UHGV virus genome: UHGV-0197780
Source of the DNA: a virus
Length of the DNA stretch: 52,279 bases
Direction: 5' to 3' (one strand)
Shown: piece by piece, positions 7,726 through 19,200 of the stretch
How the letters are laid out: each line of letters starts with the position of its first letter
Numbering within the stretch: position 1 is the stretch's first letter
Notes under the pieces: generated by a model
What the model was told of the DNA's origin: nothing
Databases searched by the model: none
What the model saw: only the letters and a program-made list of their open reading frames with translations
Made by a program: the position numbers and the translations under genes

Positions 7726-9864
7726 ATGAACAACTACCCGTATCTCATTAAAGCTAAGGCAAAAGCAAACGAAGCGAAAAGCCTCTTCTGCTGGTTCTCT
7801 GCTAAATCCGATTCTCGCGCCGAGCGCAAAATCCTGGACATCCTAGAAGACGCTGAAATTAACGTTGGCCGCGGCGCCAGCCATCAGCTGCCGATCCGCA
7901 CCAACTGGCTAATCGTTGATGACTTACCGGAAGAAGGTGTACTGGATGATACCTGGTGCGATCGTTACGAGCTTGGTGGTAAAGACGGGCTGACATGGAA
8001 AAAAATCGTTGCGCAGGCGGCTGCTGAACCACAGCCCTCCAGTAAACCAGAAAACGATATCTCTCCTGCAAATAGCGATGAAGAGGACTATTCGAACAAT
8101 GAAGAAGCACTCTTCAACCTGGCAGAAATGTCATTCCGCACGCAGCTGCTTGCCCAGTATATGGCCGACGAACGTCACGTGTATCACATTAGCATTCCTC
8201 ATCGTAACCGCCTTTCAGCGATGGAAATGGATACGGATAATCACGGTGTGCAGAATCTGCTGCTGACGGCAGAAAATATTCCGGAGCTTAAAAAATATGA
8301 TATGCCTGGCCTGTGGAAATTTACCAGTGCATTTAAGAGCGTATTTCCTGCGGGGAAACGCCATGAGCTCGGCAAGCAAATTCAGTTCGCCAAATTGTGG
8401 CTTGAAACGTCTCACATTGACCGCGGGATCCTTACAAAGGAATGGGCTGCTGGAAACTATATCACCTCAATAAACAAAACCGATACTGGCGCCAATGCTG
8501 GTGGCGGTAACAAAACTGACCGCAATCCGGATTATCAGCATTCGCTGGATACTCTGGATATAGAGATCGCCCTTGCGACGATGCCTATGGATTTTGATAT
8601 CTATAATTTTCCGGCATCAGTCCACCGCCGCGCGAAGGAAATAGTACAGAAGAAAGAAAGTCCATTTAAAGAATGGTCTGCAGCATTACGGAGCACACCA
8701 GGCATCCTTGATTATTCCCGTGCAGCGATTTTTGCACTGATCAGGGAAGCATCCAGTGGAATAACTCCTTTTCCAGATCGGTTGCGTGGCTACATCAACG
8801 CGAATCTGACTGAACATAAGCATGATACCCCAAGCGCTGAAATGCTTGCCAAGGCGGGACATATTCCATCTGCTGCAGTCACTCTGGATGCAATAAACCA
8901 AGCAATCGCCGGAGAGGATAGCAGCGCAAAACTGGAAACACTCTCCTCTGACTTTAAAGCAGTTGGCACCGAACTCGTAAAAGAAGCTCAAAAGCAGCGT
9001 CCGAACGCTAATCAGGTTCTGGCCGCCGAGCGCGGCGAATATGTCGAAGGGATTAGCGACCCTACTGATCCGAAGTGGGTAACCGAAGACCTTCCCAAAT
9101 CAAGGCAACCTGAGGTTTCAAAAATTGGGGACGGAGTATTTTCCATTGACGGTCTTGTTGACGTTACGGGCAAGGTTAACCAAAAAGAAAAAACAGATGA
9201 AGTTGTTCATCAAACGGATGCTGTAGATATTGAATCCGGTCCTCATAATAAGGAGGAAGATCAGCCTATTGATTATGTTCACGTTATGGTTGATCTGGAA
9301 ACCATGGGTAAAAAACATAACGCCCCTATCGTCGCTATTGGTGCGGTTGTTTTTGACCCGGCAACCGGCTCTATTGGAGAAAGTTTCTATAAAGTCGTAT
9401 GCCTTGAATCCTCTGTGAACTGGGGCGCCGTAATCGATCCATCTACTGTTATCTGGTGGCTTAAGCAGTCCTCCGAAGCACGCTCTGCGATCGTAAATGA
9501 TGATGCTATCCCGTTGCTGGATGCATTACTCCAGTTCAGAGAATTTGTCTCTGATAATGTTGCTGGCGGGAGCAAAAAGGCACAGGTATGGGGTAACGGT
9601 GCGTCATTCGATAACTCCATTCTGCGTTCTTCTTACGATTGCATTGCTGAAGATTATCCGTGGGAATACTGGAACGATCGGGACGTACGAACAATGGTAG
9701 AGCTCGGCCAGGCCATTGGCTTCGACCCCAAAACAACGATCCCGTTTGAAGGTGATCGTCACAATGCTCTCGCTGATGCTATTCATCAGGCCCGCTATGT
9801 ATCAGCAATCTGGCAGCGAATAATTTCCGGCAATCAGGTGCTGCAAAAATTGATGCAAAACTGA
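7726..9864 (+). CDS. phage exonuclease with a C-terminal DnaQ-like (DEDDh) 3'-5' exonuclease domain
   Basis: The C-terminal ~180 aa carry VMVDLETMG … GASFD … H…D motifs of DEDD exonucleases. An AAGGAG SD precedes the start. It occupies the position of the recombination genes in the pL operon. Confidence 0.55.
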   Translation: MNNYPYLIKAKAKANEAKSLFCWFSAKSDSRAERKILDILEDAEINVGRGASHQLPIRTNWLIVDDLPEEGVLDDTWCDRYELGGKDGLTWKKIVAQAAAEPQPSSKPENDISPANSDEEDYSNNEEALFNLAEMSFRTQLLAQYMADERHVYHISIPHRNRLSAMEMDTDNHGVQNLLLTAENIPELKKYDMPGLWKFTSAFKSVFPAGKRHELGKQIQFAKLWLETSHIDRGILTKEWAAGNYITSINKTDTGANAGGGNKTDRNPDYQHSLDTLDIEIALATMPMDFDIYNFPASVHRRAKEIVQKKESPFKEWSAALRSTPGILDYSRAAIFALIREASSGITPFPDRLRGYINANLTEHKHDTPSAEMLAKAGHIPSAAVTLDAINQAIAGEDSSAKLETLSSDFKAVGTELVKEAQKQRPNANQVLAAERGEYVEGISDPTDPKWVTEDLPKSRQPEVSKIGDGVFSIDGLVDVTGKVNQKEKTDEVVHQTDAVDIESGPHNKEEDQPIDYVHVMVDLETMGKKHNAPIVAIGAVVFDPATGSIGESFYKVVCLESSVNWGAVIDPSTVIWWLKQSSEARSAIVNDDAIPLLDALLQFREFVSDNVAGGSKKAQVWGNGASFDNSILRSSYDCIAEDYPWEYWNDRDVRTMVELGQAIGFDPKTTIPFEGDRHNALADAIHQARYVSAIWQRIISGNQVLQKLMQN

Positions 9865-9916
9865 TTTTTTATTTTCAGATACTGGCCCAGCAATGGGCCA
9901 TAATGAGGTAAAACAT

Positions 9917-10162
9917 ATGCTCCAGATGTTAACCCTTGAAGAGTGGGCAAACGAGAAATACAGAAGCAATCCTCCAAGTGTTTCCACTCTCAGGAATTAT
10001 GCTAAACAGAATATGTTTTCTCCCCCAGCCAAAAAAGAAGGTCGATTCTGGCGCGTCAGGGAGGATGCTGAGTTGGTCGGTACATTGACCACTCCAGTAG
10101 TAAAGAAAAGCGACCCTGTTCTTTTGCAGAGGATTTTGAACGATGGCTGCCAGACCACGTAA
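9917..10162 (+). CDS. excisionase-like protein
   Basis: Small basic protein directly upstream of int, overlapping it by 20 nt. The ATG at 9917 has a GAGGT SD. Confidence 0.5.
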   Translation: MLQMLTLEEWANEKYRSNPPSVSTLRNYAKQNMFSPPAKKEGRFWRVREDAELVGTLTTPVVKKSDPVLLQRILNDGCQTT

Positions 10163-11270
10163 AAATAATATATCTATTCCAAATTTATACCCGCTCTACA
10201 GTAGAAAGGTTAATAAAGTATACTGGCGTTATAAGCACCCGATAACTGGTAAGTTTCATAGTCTAGGTACAGATGAAGCAGAGGCCACGGCAATAGCTAT
10301 TGAAGCAAATAAAAGACTGGCGGAACAACAAACCCGCCAGATAATGGCAATCACTGACAGAATATCCACCAACTCAGGAAAATCAATATCAACTAACACC
10401 TGGCTTGAACGTTACTGGAAGATTCAGCAGGAAAGATTAAAGTCCGGAGATATTAAAGAAAACACTATCAAACAAAAAGCAAAACCAGTATCTCTGCTTA
10501 AGGAACGTGTAGGAATGAAATTAATATCCGCTGTCAATGTTCGAGATGTTGCGCAAATTCTTGATGAATATTTAGCGGAGGGACAACCCAGAATGGCTCA
10601 GGTCATTCGCTCTGTCCTAATAGATGTTTTTAAAGAAGCTCAGCATGCGGGAGAAGTACCTCCTGGTTATAACCCTGCACTAGCAACTAAACAACCTCGT
10701 AGAAAGATCACTCGCCAGCGCCTCACTCTTGAGGAATGGCAAAAGATTTTTGATATAGCCGATGAAAATCACAAATACATGGGGAACGCCATGCTTTTAG
10801 CCATAGTAACAGGACAGCGACTAGGTGATATATCCCGTATGAAATTCTCGGACATCTGGGACGATCATCTACACGTTGAGCAAGAGAAAACCGGAAGCAA
10901 AATCGCTATACCATTAGCTCTGCGTTGCAACGCAATCAACTGGAGCCTACGAGATGTAATCAGTCGTTGCCGGGATTATGCAGTAAGCCCTTATTTGGTT
11001 CATTTCTTTAGAACCACCTCACAGGCTGAGCGAGGAGCACAGGTGAAACCCAGAACACTGACCATGAACTTCAGCAAGGCAAGGGACAGTGCCAATATTG
11101 ACTGGGGACAAGGTACACCGGCAACTTTCCATGAACAAAGATCGCTTTCCGAGCGGTTATATAAAGCCCAGGGTATAAACACGAAAGATTTACTTGGACA
11201 CAAAACTCAACAACAAACGGATAGGTACCATGATGATCGAGGTAAGGGGTGGACAAAGGTGGCCTTATGA
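10143..11270 (+). CDS. tyrosine integrase (lambda Int family)
   Basis: The C-terminal catalytic region carries R…HExR…Y, ending …DRYHDDRGKGW. It is adjacent to the icd fragment. Confidence 0.8.
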   Translation: MAARPRKNNISIPNLYPLYSRKVNKVYWRYKHPITGKFHSLGTDEAEATAIAIEANKRLAEQQTRQIMAITDRISTNSGKSISTNTWLERYWKIQQERLKSGDIKENTIKQKAKPVSLLKERVGMKLISAVNVRDVAQILDEYLAEGQPRMAQVIRSVLIDVFKEAQHAGEVPPGYNPALATKQPRRKITRQRLTLEEWQKIFDIADENHKYMGNAMLLAIVTGQRLGDISRMKFSDIWDDHLHVEQEKTGSKIAIPLALRCNAINWSLRDVISRCRDYAVSPYLVHFFRTTSQAERGAQVKPRTLTMNFSKARDSANIDWGQGTPATFHEQRSLSERLYKAQGINTKDLLGHKTQQQTDRYHDDRGKGWTKVAL

Positions 11271-11286
11271 GGTTTTTCGGGAGGGG

Positions 11287-11320
11287 TTTTGATAACTTGT
11301 TTTGATAAAATTTTGATAAC
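11287..11320 (+). repeat. three direct TTTTGATAA(C) repeats, candidate Int arm-type sites
   Basis: ggTTTTGATAACttgTTTTGATAAaaTTTTGATAAC lies just 3' of int. A fourth copy, gagTTTTGATAACc, is at 11671-11680 on the other side of the icd core. Confidence 0.4.
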
Positions 11321-11330
11321 CGTTCGAAAA

Positions 11331-11365
11331 CTAATAATAAAAACGGGAACCACTAGGTTCCCGTT
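11331..11365 (-). terminator. icd transcription terminator
   Basis: On the minus strand a perfect 10-bp stem AACGGGAACC/GGTTCCCGTT with a 4-nt loop is followed by TTTTATTATT. It lies immediately downstream of the icd' stop. Confidence 0.55.
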
Positions 11366-11387
11366 CTGACATAATCTTAGGGGCAGA

Positions 11388-11552
11388 TTACATGTTCGCG
11401 ATAATTGCGTCGCCAAACTCGCTACATTTCAGCAGTTTAGCGCCTTCCATCAGACGTTCGAAGTCATAGGTCACGGTCTTGGCGGCGATAGCGCCTTCCA
11501 TGCCTTTGACGATCAGGTCTGCGGCTTCGAACCACTGCATGTGGCGCAGCAG
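11388..11552 (-). pseudogene. icd: icd 3' fragment (last ~54 codons of isocitrate dehydrogenase). Lambdoid att core at icd.
   Basis: The minus-strand translation [54 protein letters not shown] matches the Icd C-terminus. There is no upstream icd coding sequence. This is the 165-bp fragment type seen at e14/phage 21 att sites. Confidence 0.85.
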
Positions 11553-11694
11553 TAGTTCTCTGCATTGATCTTAATCCTTTGATTTTTTAAAAAAATATGT
11601 TTCTGAACACTTATCTAGAACCATTTTAATGTTAATTCTAACATGCTGATTACATGATAAATTATCCGAGTTTTGATAACCTATTTTCTCTCAA

Positions 11695-13191
11695 TCAGTA
11701 CTCTTTTGTTTGAACCTGCTTGTTCAAATCACGCACTTGTTTTGTTAACTCCTGCACCGTAAGAACAAGATCCGCGATGATGGCCGTATGGTCTACGTTA
11801 AGGATATTGATCTTCTCGCCATCAATTTCTACATCGCCGCTTTGAAAGGTGTAAATCGGGTCAACTTTTTCAGCTTGTTGAGCAATAAATCCACGCCTAC
11901 GGCGTGTTTCGCCTTTCATGTTGAACTCACATACCCCCAGCGCGTTAATACGCCTGGAGGCCCCTTCCTGGGATTCCGTAAAATCCTTTTTCAGCCGCAC
12001 GTCTGAGCCAGTGGTCATAACATCACCTTTAGGGGTGGAGATTGTCCCTCCGGTGTAAAAGAGCCAGGCATCTTTTTGGCCAAAACCGTCCATATACAGT
12101 ACCACCCGGTGGTTGTACCCAACGTATTCTTCAAGGTAGAAACCACCCCACGCTCCAGACGTGTCGCCGTTTCCTCCACGCCCTGTCATGCGGGACCGGA
12201 CTCTGCCACCGGAAACTAACGCGCCGATGGCAGGGGAACCGAAGTCGGTCTGCTGGGACACACAGTCATAGCGACACTGCATCCAGCTGCCGATGTCGGC
12301 CGCTTGCCCCACCCGCAGGTCTCTGTCTACCCCTAGATGACTTCCCTGAACACTAAGTTGATCTGCGGCTGTAGTGATGATGCGTGCGGTATAGTCGTTA
12401 GCACTTTTGTTATGATGAAAATCGATGTACGGAGTGCCCATCGACAGCTCTAACGCCTGGGAATACAGCTTGCCCTTTGCCGTATTATCGAAACCACCAC
12501 CGACAACCAAATCTCCGGGCAACGTCGTCTGGTTATTGGTGCCAATAACGAGGATGTCATCAAAGGTGTCTGCCGGTGATACAGTGGTAGCTCTTGAACG
12601 CTGAACCCTGAACGGTGTTCCCGAGCCAACGGCAATCGTCCCGCCTTGCCCCTGTTTTTTGAGCAGAGCCAGATCTGAATTCTTACCGAGAATAAAACCG
12701 GCATTATCGCTGGTTATAACCTGCGAGCCGTCGAGTTTGTTTCCTCCGGTGAGTTTTGCCAGCGCGTTAAGATCCGATGCTTTCGCCATCCCGGCTATCG
12801 CCGGCACGGTCACCTGCTTTCCTGTGATCGGATCAGTCAGGGTAATATTGCCGCTGCCGGTCAGGGCCATCGACCAGCCCTCCACTACACTACGCCAGAA
12901 TGCAAACGCGCTGGCCAGCTGGTTAGCAAACGACGAGGTGCTGGCGGTTTCAGCGGTAATAATGCCGTAACTGGCACCGGAAAATGCGGTGGTGATATTC
13001 CGGGTCAGCGTCAGTTGCGTGTCGCTGTCCACGGATTTGATCGCATACAGGTCAGCACTACCGCTGCGGTAGACCACTAGAATCGACCCGGGCAGTATCC
13101 CCAGCGCCTCCTGTGACCATTTTGTTGTCGCACCTGTCACCCGTGCCTGCGACGCGGCACCCGTGACGGTACCGACTTCATACATCGCCAT
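11695..13191 (-). CDS. side tail fibre protein with C-terminal S74-type intramolecular chaperone
   Basis: The body is Gly/Ser/Thr-rich fibre sequence. The C-terminus has GSDVRLKKDF…INALGVCEFNMKG, which fits the SDxRxK autocleavage motif of endosialidase-type chaperones. An AGGAGG SD precedes the start. Confidence 0.55.
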   Translation of the reverse strand: MAMYEVGTVTGAASQARVTGATTKWSQEALGILPGSILVVYRSGSADLYAIKSVDSDTQLTLTRNITTAFSGASYGIITAETASTSSFANQLASAFAFWRSVVEGWSMALTGSGNITLTDPITGKQVTVPAIAGMAKASDLNALAKLTGGNKLDGSQVITSDNAGFILGKNSDLALLKKQGQGGTIAVGSGTPFRVQRSRATTVSPADTFDDILVIGTNNQTTLPGDLVVGGGFDNTAKGKLYSQALELSMGTPYIDFHHNKSANDYTARIITTAADQLSVQGSHLGVDRDLRVGQAADIGSWMQCRYDCVSQQTDFGSPAIGALVSGGRVRSRMTGRGGNGDTSGAWGGFYLEEYVGYNHRVVLYMDGFGQKDAWLFYTGGTISTPKGDVMTTGSDVRLKKDFTESQEGASRRINALGVCEFNMKGETRRRRGFIAQQAEKVDPIYTFQSGDVEIDGEKINILNVDHTAIIADLVLTVQELTKQVRDLNKQVQTKEY

Positions 13192-13220
13192 AATAAAGTT
13201 CCTCCTGGATGGTTTTCCCT

Positions 13221-13248
13221 GGAAAAAGAAAAGGCCCCTTGCGGGGCC
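13221..13248 (-). terminator. intrinsic terminator between J-like gene and tail fibre gene
   Basis: On the minus strand GGCCCCGCAAGGGGCC is followed by TTTTCTTTTTCC. Confidence 0.5.
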
Positions 13249-13259
13249 ATATATTGTTA

Positions 13260-16200
13260 TCAGGTTGATGAACCGCGAATTACGTTGTTATTGCGCGCGG
13301 CGAAGGCGTCGAATCTTGAGAGGATGGTTAATACCATCTGTCCGTTACGGTCCAGGTAACAGCCATATCGCAGAACAGCGTCGCCAGTACCGGCAGGGAC
13401 GACAAATGACATGTTGTCTACGTTCATTGACTCTTGCGCCGTTAACAGGCGTGTTGCTCCACCTGTTTCATACATAAGCTCAATGCCTAGCTCCATACTG
13501 CCGCCACCAGACGTAGCGCCTGTGCCACGAAGAAGCATTGCATACGACAGATAGCCAGGATTCAGTCCGCCGTCAGCCCCTGGCGCGTAGGACATCCCCG
13601 CTCTGAGTTTCGCGCCGCCGTCGATAGTGATGCTATCCGTCTGGAGGAGTCCACCGCGAATATTGATCACCTGGTCGAAATTCTGCCGCCGGAACCGGGC
13701 CAGCTCAAACCACTGCCATGTAGCCTTCGGCACCTTGCGCGTGCGGTGCTGAGCGATGTTGATCGCAAATGACCCGATGTCGCCCTCGATGTGGTTCGCA
13801 TATACCGTACCCTGGAACCAGCCGTCAGTCGCATAAACCGCACCGCGAACGATCACGTTGTTGAACTGCGAAGAGCCATCCTTAGCGATACGCCAGCCGC
13901 GTGACCCGTCAACAAAGTCATTCGAGCGGATCTCGTGGCCGATCTTCGCGTTCGTGATGGAACCGTCCGCGATTTTGGTTGAGGTCAGGGAACTGTTTTT
14001 GATACGTGCCGTATCGATATACAGCTCATTGCCTTCGGCAACCATCACCGGAACAGCCGTCGCATTATTACGGTTAAACAGCGAGAAGCGGTCAGCGTAG
14101 AGGATCATGTCGCTCGTTTCACCATTGCTGCCCAGCGTAATCCCCGCGCCAACATTCTTCCCGTTAACCGTCTCAACCTTCATCGACCACAGCGAACTCA
14201 CCGTACCATTCACATCCGCCACGGTTTTGGCGGTGTTCTGAACGGAAGCACTGAGATCCCCGACACTGGATGTCAGGGTCGTCTGCTGCGTTGCCAGCGC
14301 CTCCAGTGCCGTTGCATGCGTCTGCTGGGTACTGGTGATACTGGCCACCGATTTAATCGTATTGTCCAGCGTCGTCTGGTTTTTGATGTTGGCGGCCGCC
14401 TGCGCGTCAATCTGCGACTGAAGCGAGGTATTCAGGCTGGCCTGTGTGCTCTGGCTGTCGCTTAGCGTCTTCGCCATGTTATCGACGCGGGAGTTGGCAT
14501 TATCCACTTTCGTGGCCAGTGCCGTCTGCTGCTGCGCCTGGGCGGTGATTTTCCCTTCGGCATCCGTTACGCGAGCCGTCAGACCGCTCACGGCACTCGC
14601 CGTCGCGTCAGAGGCATCCTGTGCCGCTTTCGCATCGGTAACATCCGTGATAACCAGATCGTCGATATACAGCGAATAACCGGGGGTGCCGCTGCCGGAG
14701 GCGCCACGGGTAGAGATCCAGACCACTGCGCGTGTTCTCCCACCCCCGTTGTTACTGGCAATACCCGTAAATTTCACCCACTTATCACGCCCACCAAGAG
14801 CGGCTTCGCTGACAGTGACCGCCGACTGCCAGGAGTTTTGACCGGCAGCATTCAGTGAGTTAATGCCGACCAGCGTTGTCCACCCGGAGGATGGCGCCTG
14901 ATCCGCCGGCATCATAGCCCAGAACTCAAACCGGAACTTCGCATCCTCACGGACTGACTGCCAGCTCCCAAGCTGTTTATCGCTGTTGCCGTTGTTGTTC
15001 GCTCCTCGACTCACCTGCAGGCTCATATTGCCGGTGAATTTCTGAGACGCCACCACAACGGCGGTGCCGCCCCCGCCCAGCACATGACCATCGCTGTAGC
15101 TTTCAAACGTACCGTCAACCCACGGATTAGCTCCCTGAGTACTGATGGTATTGATGCTGCTGGTCAGCGACGTGATACTCTGCGACTGGCTGGTGATAGT
15201 GTTTTCCACCTGGCTTACGCGACCAGTCAGTGAACTCACTGCAGTCGTGTCAGCCTTTTTACTCACCGTATCGTTTGTCGACCTGAGGCTGTTCTCCAGC
15301 GCCGTTATCGAGGAACTCAGGGAGTCAATATTACCCCCCTGGGTCTTCACTGTGTTCTGGAGCGTGGTAATTGCCGACGCGTTCGCATCAGCCTTCATCA
15401 TCACACCGCCGGCTGCACCCAGCCCCATCATTATCCCGTTCACAAATTCGACTGAGGTCGAAATGTGAGCGGTGGCATCTCCACCGGTTGGCGCACGCAG
15501 TTCCAGACCATCGCCAGGCTTCATACCTTTGCGACCAAGGAGAATGTACGCGCCGCGATATGGCAGAGAGTTGACTACTTCGGATGTACCACCAAGAGAT
15601 TCCAGAGCAGACAATAATCTACCTCGGTTGCCAGATGGCTCATCGAATGTCAGGACGCAAACGTAAGTGCCACTAGTCAACGCCCCGATATCAGCCGACA
15701 TCGTGTCGCCATTATTCGCGCTGCCAAAGACATCGTATGTTTTGGAGGTCGCAATCACCGCTGATCCGTCGCTTTGTTTTGCAAAAGTGACCAGCGCCCA
15801 GCTGCGACCAGGGCTAAACAGGTTCTTGCCGCTTTCATCAAAAACCCCAGGAGTTACGCTGTTGCCAAGTCCCCGTGCAGTGACAGTAAACACAGTGCGA
15901 CGGTTCATCGAGGCCTGCAGGCTGGTAATGCTACTGTTCGCCGCAGTTAAATCGCCCCCCTGAGATGTCACCGTGTTCCGGAGATCCTGCAATGCAGAAG
16001 CATCAGCCTTCCTGGCAATGTTGTTCTGAGCTGTCGACAGCCCGTTTTCCAGCGATGTGGTGCGATTACCGATAGAGCTTATGGAAGTGCCCTGCTGATT
16101 CACCGTACTCTGTAACGAAGACAGCGCAGAAGAGTCCGCTTTTTTAGCAACGTTTGCATCAGTTGTCGCCAGACTATTCTTCAGTAAAGAAATATCGCTG

Positions 16201-19200
16201 GACGCCGACGTTATATCCTTGCCCTGCTGAGTCACTTCGTTAGTGAGATCAGCGATCGCCTTGGCGTTCGCGATAGTACCGGCATTTCTGCGGGTCACCT
16301 TAATGTTATAGATCGTGAGCGTAATGGCGTTTCTGCTATAAGGTTGGAGATAGCCAGTTGTCGCGCCAGCCGGGACAGTGATGGTTCCAGTTACGGCTTT
16401 CTTCTCGCCAGCTGCATAATTTAACGCCTCCACGTAGACCGAGTTGTTCGTCAGGCTCGGGCCATCGAAGCGAATACCCCATGCCAGACCGTTGATTGCG
16501 ACACCAGCCAGACAAAGAAGACTAAAGTCTAGAATGTCGCCAGGTGTTACGGAAAACTTAGGTGAAGTTGGCGCCCATGCTGCTGTATCGATCACAGCCG
16601 GATAACCGTCAACAGTTGTTGCATGACCACCCCAACCCTGAGCGTTATTCAACATTGCGGAGTTTGGAACAATGTTGTCGCCCACCGTTAAAGTATTTTC
16701 TAACAACGTTACGCGATTACCCTGGCTCGTCAGAGCGTCGCCCTGAGAAGTCACGGTGTTCTGGAGAGCGTTCAGCGTAGTTGAGTCAGCCTTTTTACTG
16801 ACATTACTGTTTGTCGTGTTCAGGTTGTTCTGCAATGCAGTAATCTGGCTGCTCGCGGAGGTGATGTCTTTACCCTGCTGAGTAACGGTGTTTTGCAGCG
16901 TAGAGATAGCCGAGGCGTTAGCATCAGCCTTCATCATTACACCACCACCAGCGCCCAGACCTGACATGATGCCGTTAACAAACTCAACAGACGTTGAGAT
17001 GTACGAATCGGCCGCGCCGCCAGTAGGCGCACGTAACTCCAGACCGTCACCAGCTTTCATACCCTTGCGACCAAGCAGGATATAGGCGCCGCGATAAGGC
17101 AGAGAGTTCAAGACCTCCGCTGTGCCACCCAAAAGCTCCATTGCGGCTAAAATAGACGCACGGTTTCCGGCCGGCTCATCGTAGGTCAGCACACAAACAT
17201 AAGTGCCATTAGCCAGCGCCGCAATGTCGTCAGACATCGTTTTGCCGTTATTGGCAGAACCAAAAACGTCATACGTCTTGCTGGTGTCGATAGAGGTCGA
17301 GTTATCAGAATTTACCTTAAAGGTAATCATCGTGTAGCTACGACCAGGGCTAACCAGTTTATTTCCTGACTCATCGAACACGCCATCTTTCACGCTCGGA
17401 CCAATGCCTCTGGAGGTCACGGTGAACACGGTGCGGCGATTGATTGACGCCTGAAGGTTAGCGATGCTGCTGTTAGATGCCGAAATATCCTTGCCCTGTT
17501 GGGTCACGGTATTCTGCAGACTAGATAGCGCCGTCGCGTCAGCTTTCTTTGCAACGTTGGCATTGGTGGTGCTCAGGTTGTTCTGCAGGCTTGTAATGCT
17601 GCTTGAGGCTGAAGCAATGTCTTTGCCCTGCTGGGTAACCGTATTTTGCAGTGTCTGGAGAGCTGCGGCGTCCGCTTTTTTCGCGACGTTCGCGTTGGTC
17701 GTGTCCAGATTGTTTTTCAGATCCGTAATGCTGGTGGACTGCGACGCAATATCTTTACCCTGCTGGGTTACAGTATTCTGGAGAGAAGACAATGCGGAGG
17801 CGTTGGCGTCGATTTTGACACTATCTGTCACATCGATGACATAGAAATCATCAAAGCAACGACTCCCGGCTGTCAAACCGTTACTCAGCGTAACCGGGAG
17901 CTTGGCTGTCTCCGTGGCCTTCCAGCGACCGGAAATCAGCGTCCAGTCGGAACCGATCGTCCCGCTATTGTACGGTCGCTCAAACACCGGCTGACCAGCG
18001 GAGTTGCTGATCCGCAGCTTGTTGTTACCTGCTCCGTTATCAGTGGTCGCTCCGAGATCCTTAACCCATACCCCGATTTCATACGTCCGACCCTGTACAA
18101 AGCTTACATACTGTCCCGGTGACACATAACCAACACCAACCCTCAGCGCTCGTGTCCCACCATGTGGAGTGGAGGTCTCAACCACACTGGCTGCCGCTGA
18201 CTGTCCGATATAACCATCCAGTCCTCGCTCAAACGAGGGATTCACGACCAGGTTACCCGGTATCTTCCCGCTGGCATCGATATCTGCCGCGACCTGCGAG
18301 AGGCTGTTCGACAGGTTCGTCAGCGAATTGCTCTGGCTCTCCAGCGTTTTGCCCTGCTGCGTCACTTTCGTGTCGAGCGTAGCCAGCGCAGTCGCATCGG
18401 CTTTCTGCGCCAGCGCTTTATCGGTATTCGCCAGATTTCCGGTCAGCTTCGTGATGGCGCTGTTCGCAGCCGTCAGGTCATTGCCCAGCTGTGTGACGGT
18501 ATTGGTCAAATTCTGCACCGCTGTCGCATCAGCCTTTTTGGCCACTGCGGCATTGGTGGTTGCCAGCCCGTTTTCCAGCTGGGTTGTCCGGTTGCCGGTC
18601 GAGGTCAGCAGATTACCCTGTTGAGTCACGGTGGTGGTCAGGGAGTCAACCGCCGCCGCCGTGGCATCCGCAGTATCCTGAACCTTTTGCGCCGCTGTCA
18701 CATTTCGCATATGCCAGTCCGTAACGAACCATACGGTGCCGAATGGGCTGGACTGGTTAATTTGCAGGAATGGACGGAAGAAGCCGCGATCGACAATCCC
18801 CTGAGTAATTTTGAATCGCCAGGTTACTCGCTGCCATGTGGCCGACGCCTTGCGGTTGCCGCCGGATGACAGAGGCGCGCCCACGCTGCCGCTTGGCCTT
18901 GTTGCGGTTCCGAGATACAGGTTGAAATCAGCGGAGCCGGTACCACACGCGACGAGAGCAGACATTTCATAGACATCCCCCAATGTCGCCGGAATAGCAG
19001 CAAAATTGGGGTGATGGTCGCGAGCCGCAATGCGTGCAACATAAGCGTATGGGCAATTGGCTGGCACGCCCTCAGACGAGCTGGAAACCACAGTGAAGCC
19101 CATCTGACTAAACTCTGGGTCAAATGTCGGGTTGCTAATCAAATCGCCACTTGTCGCATTCCCTGCGCGTACAGATGAATTAAGCGCAGTGATACTGCTA

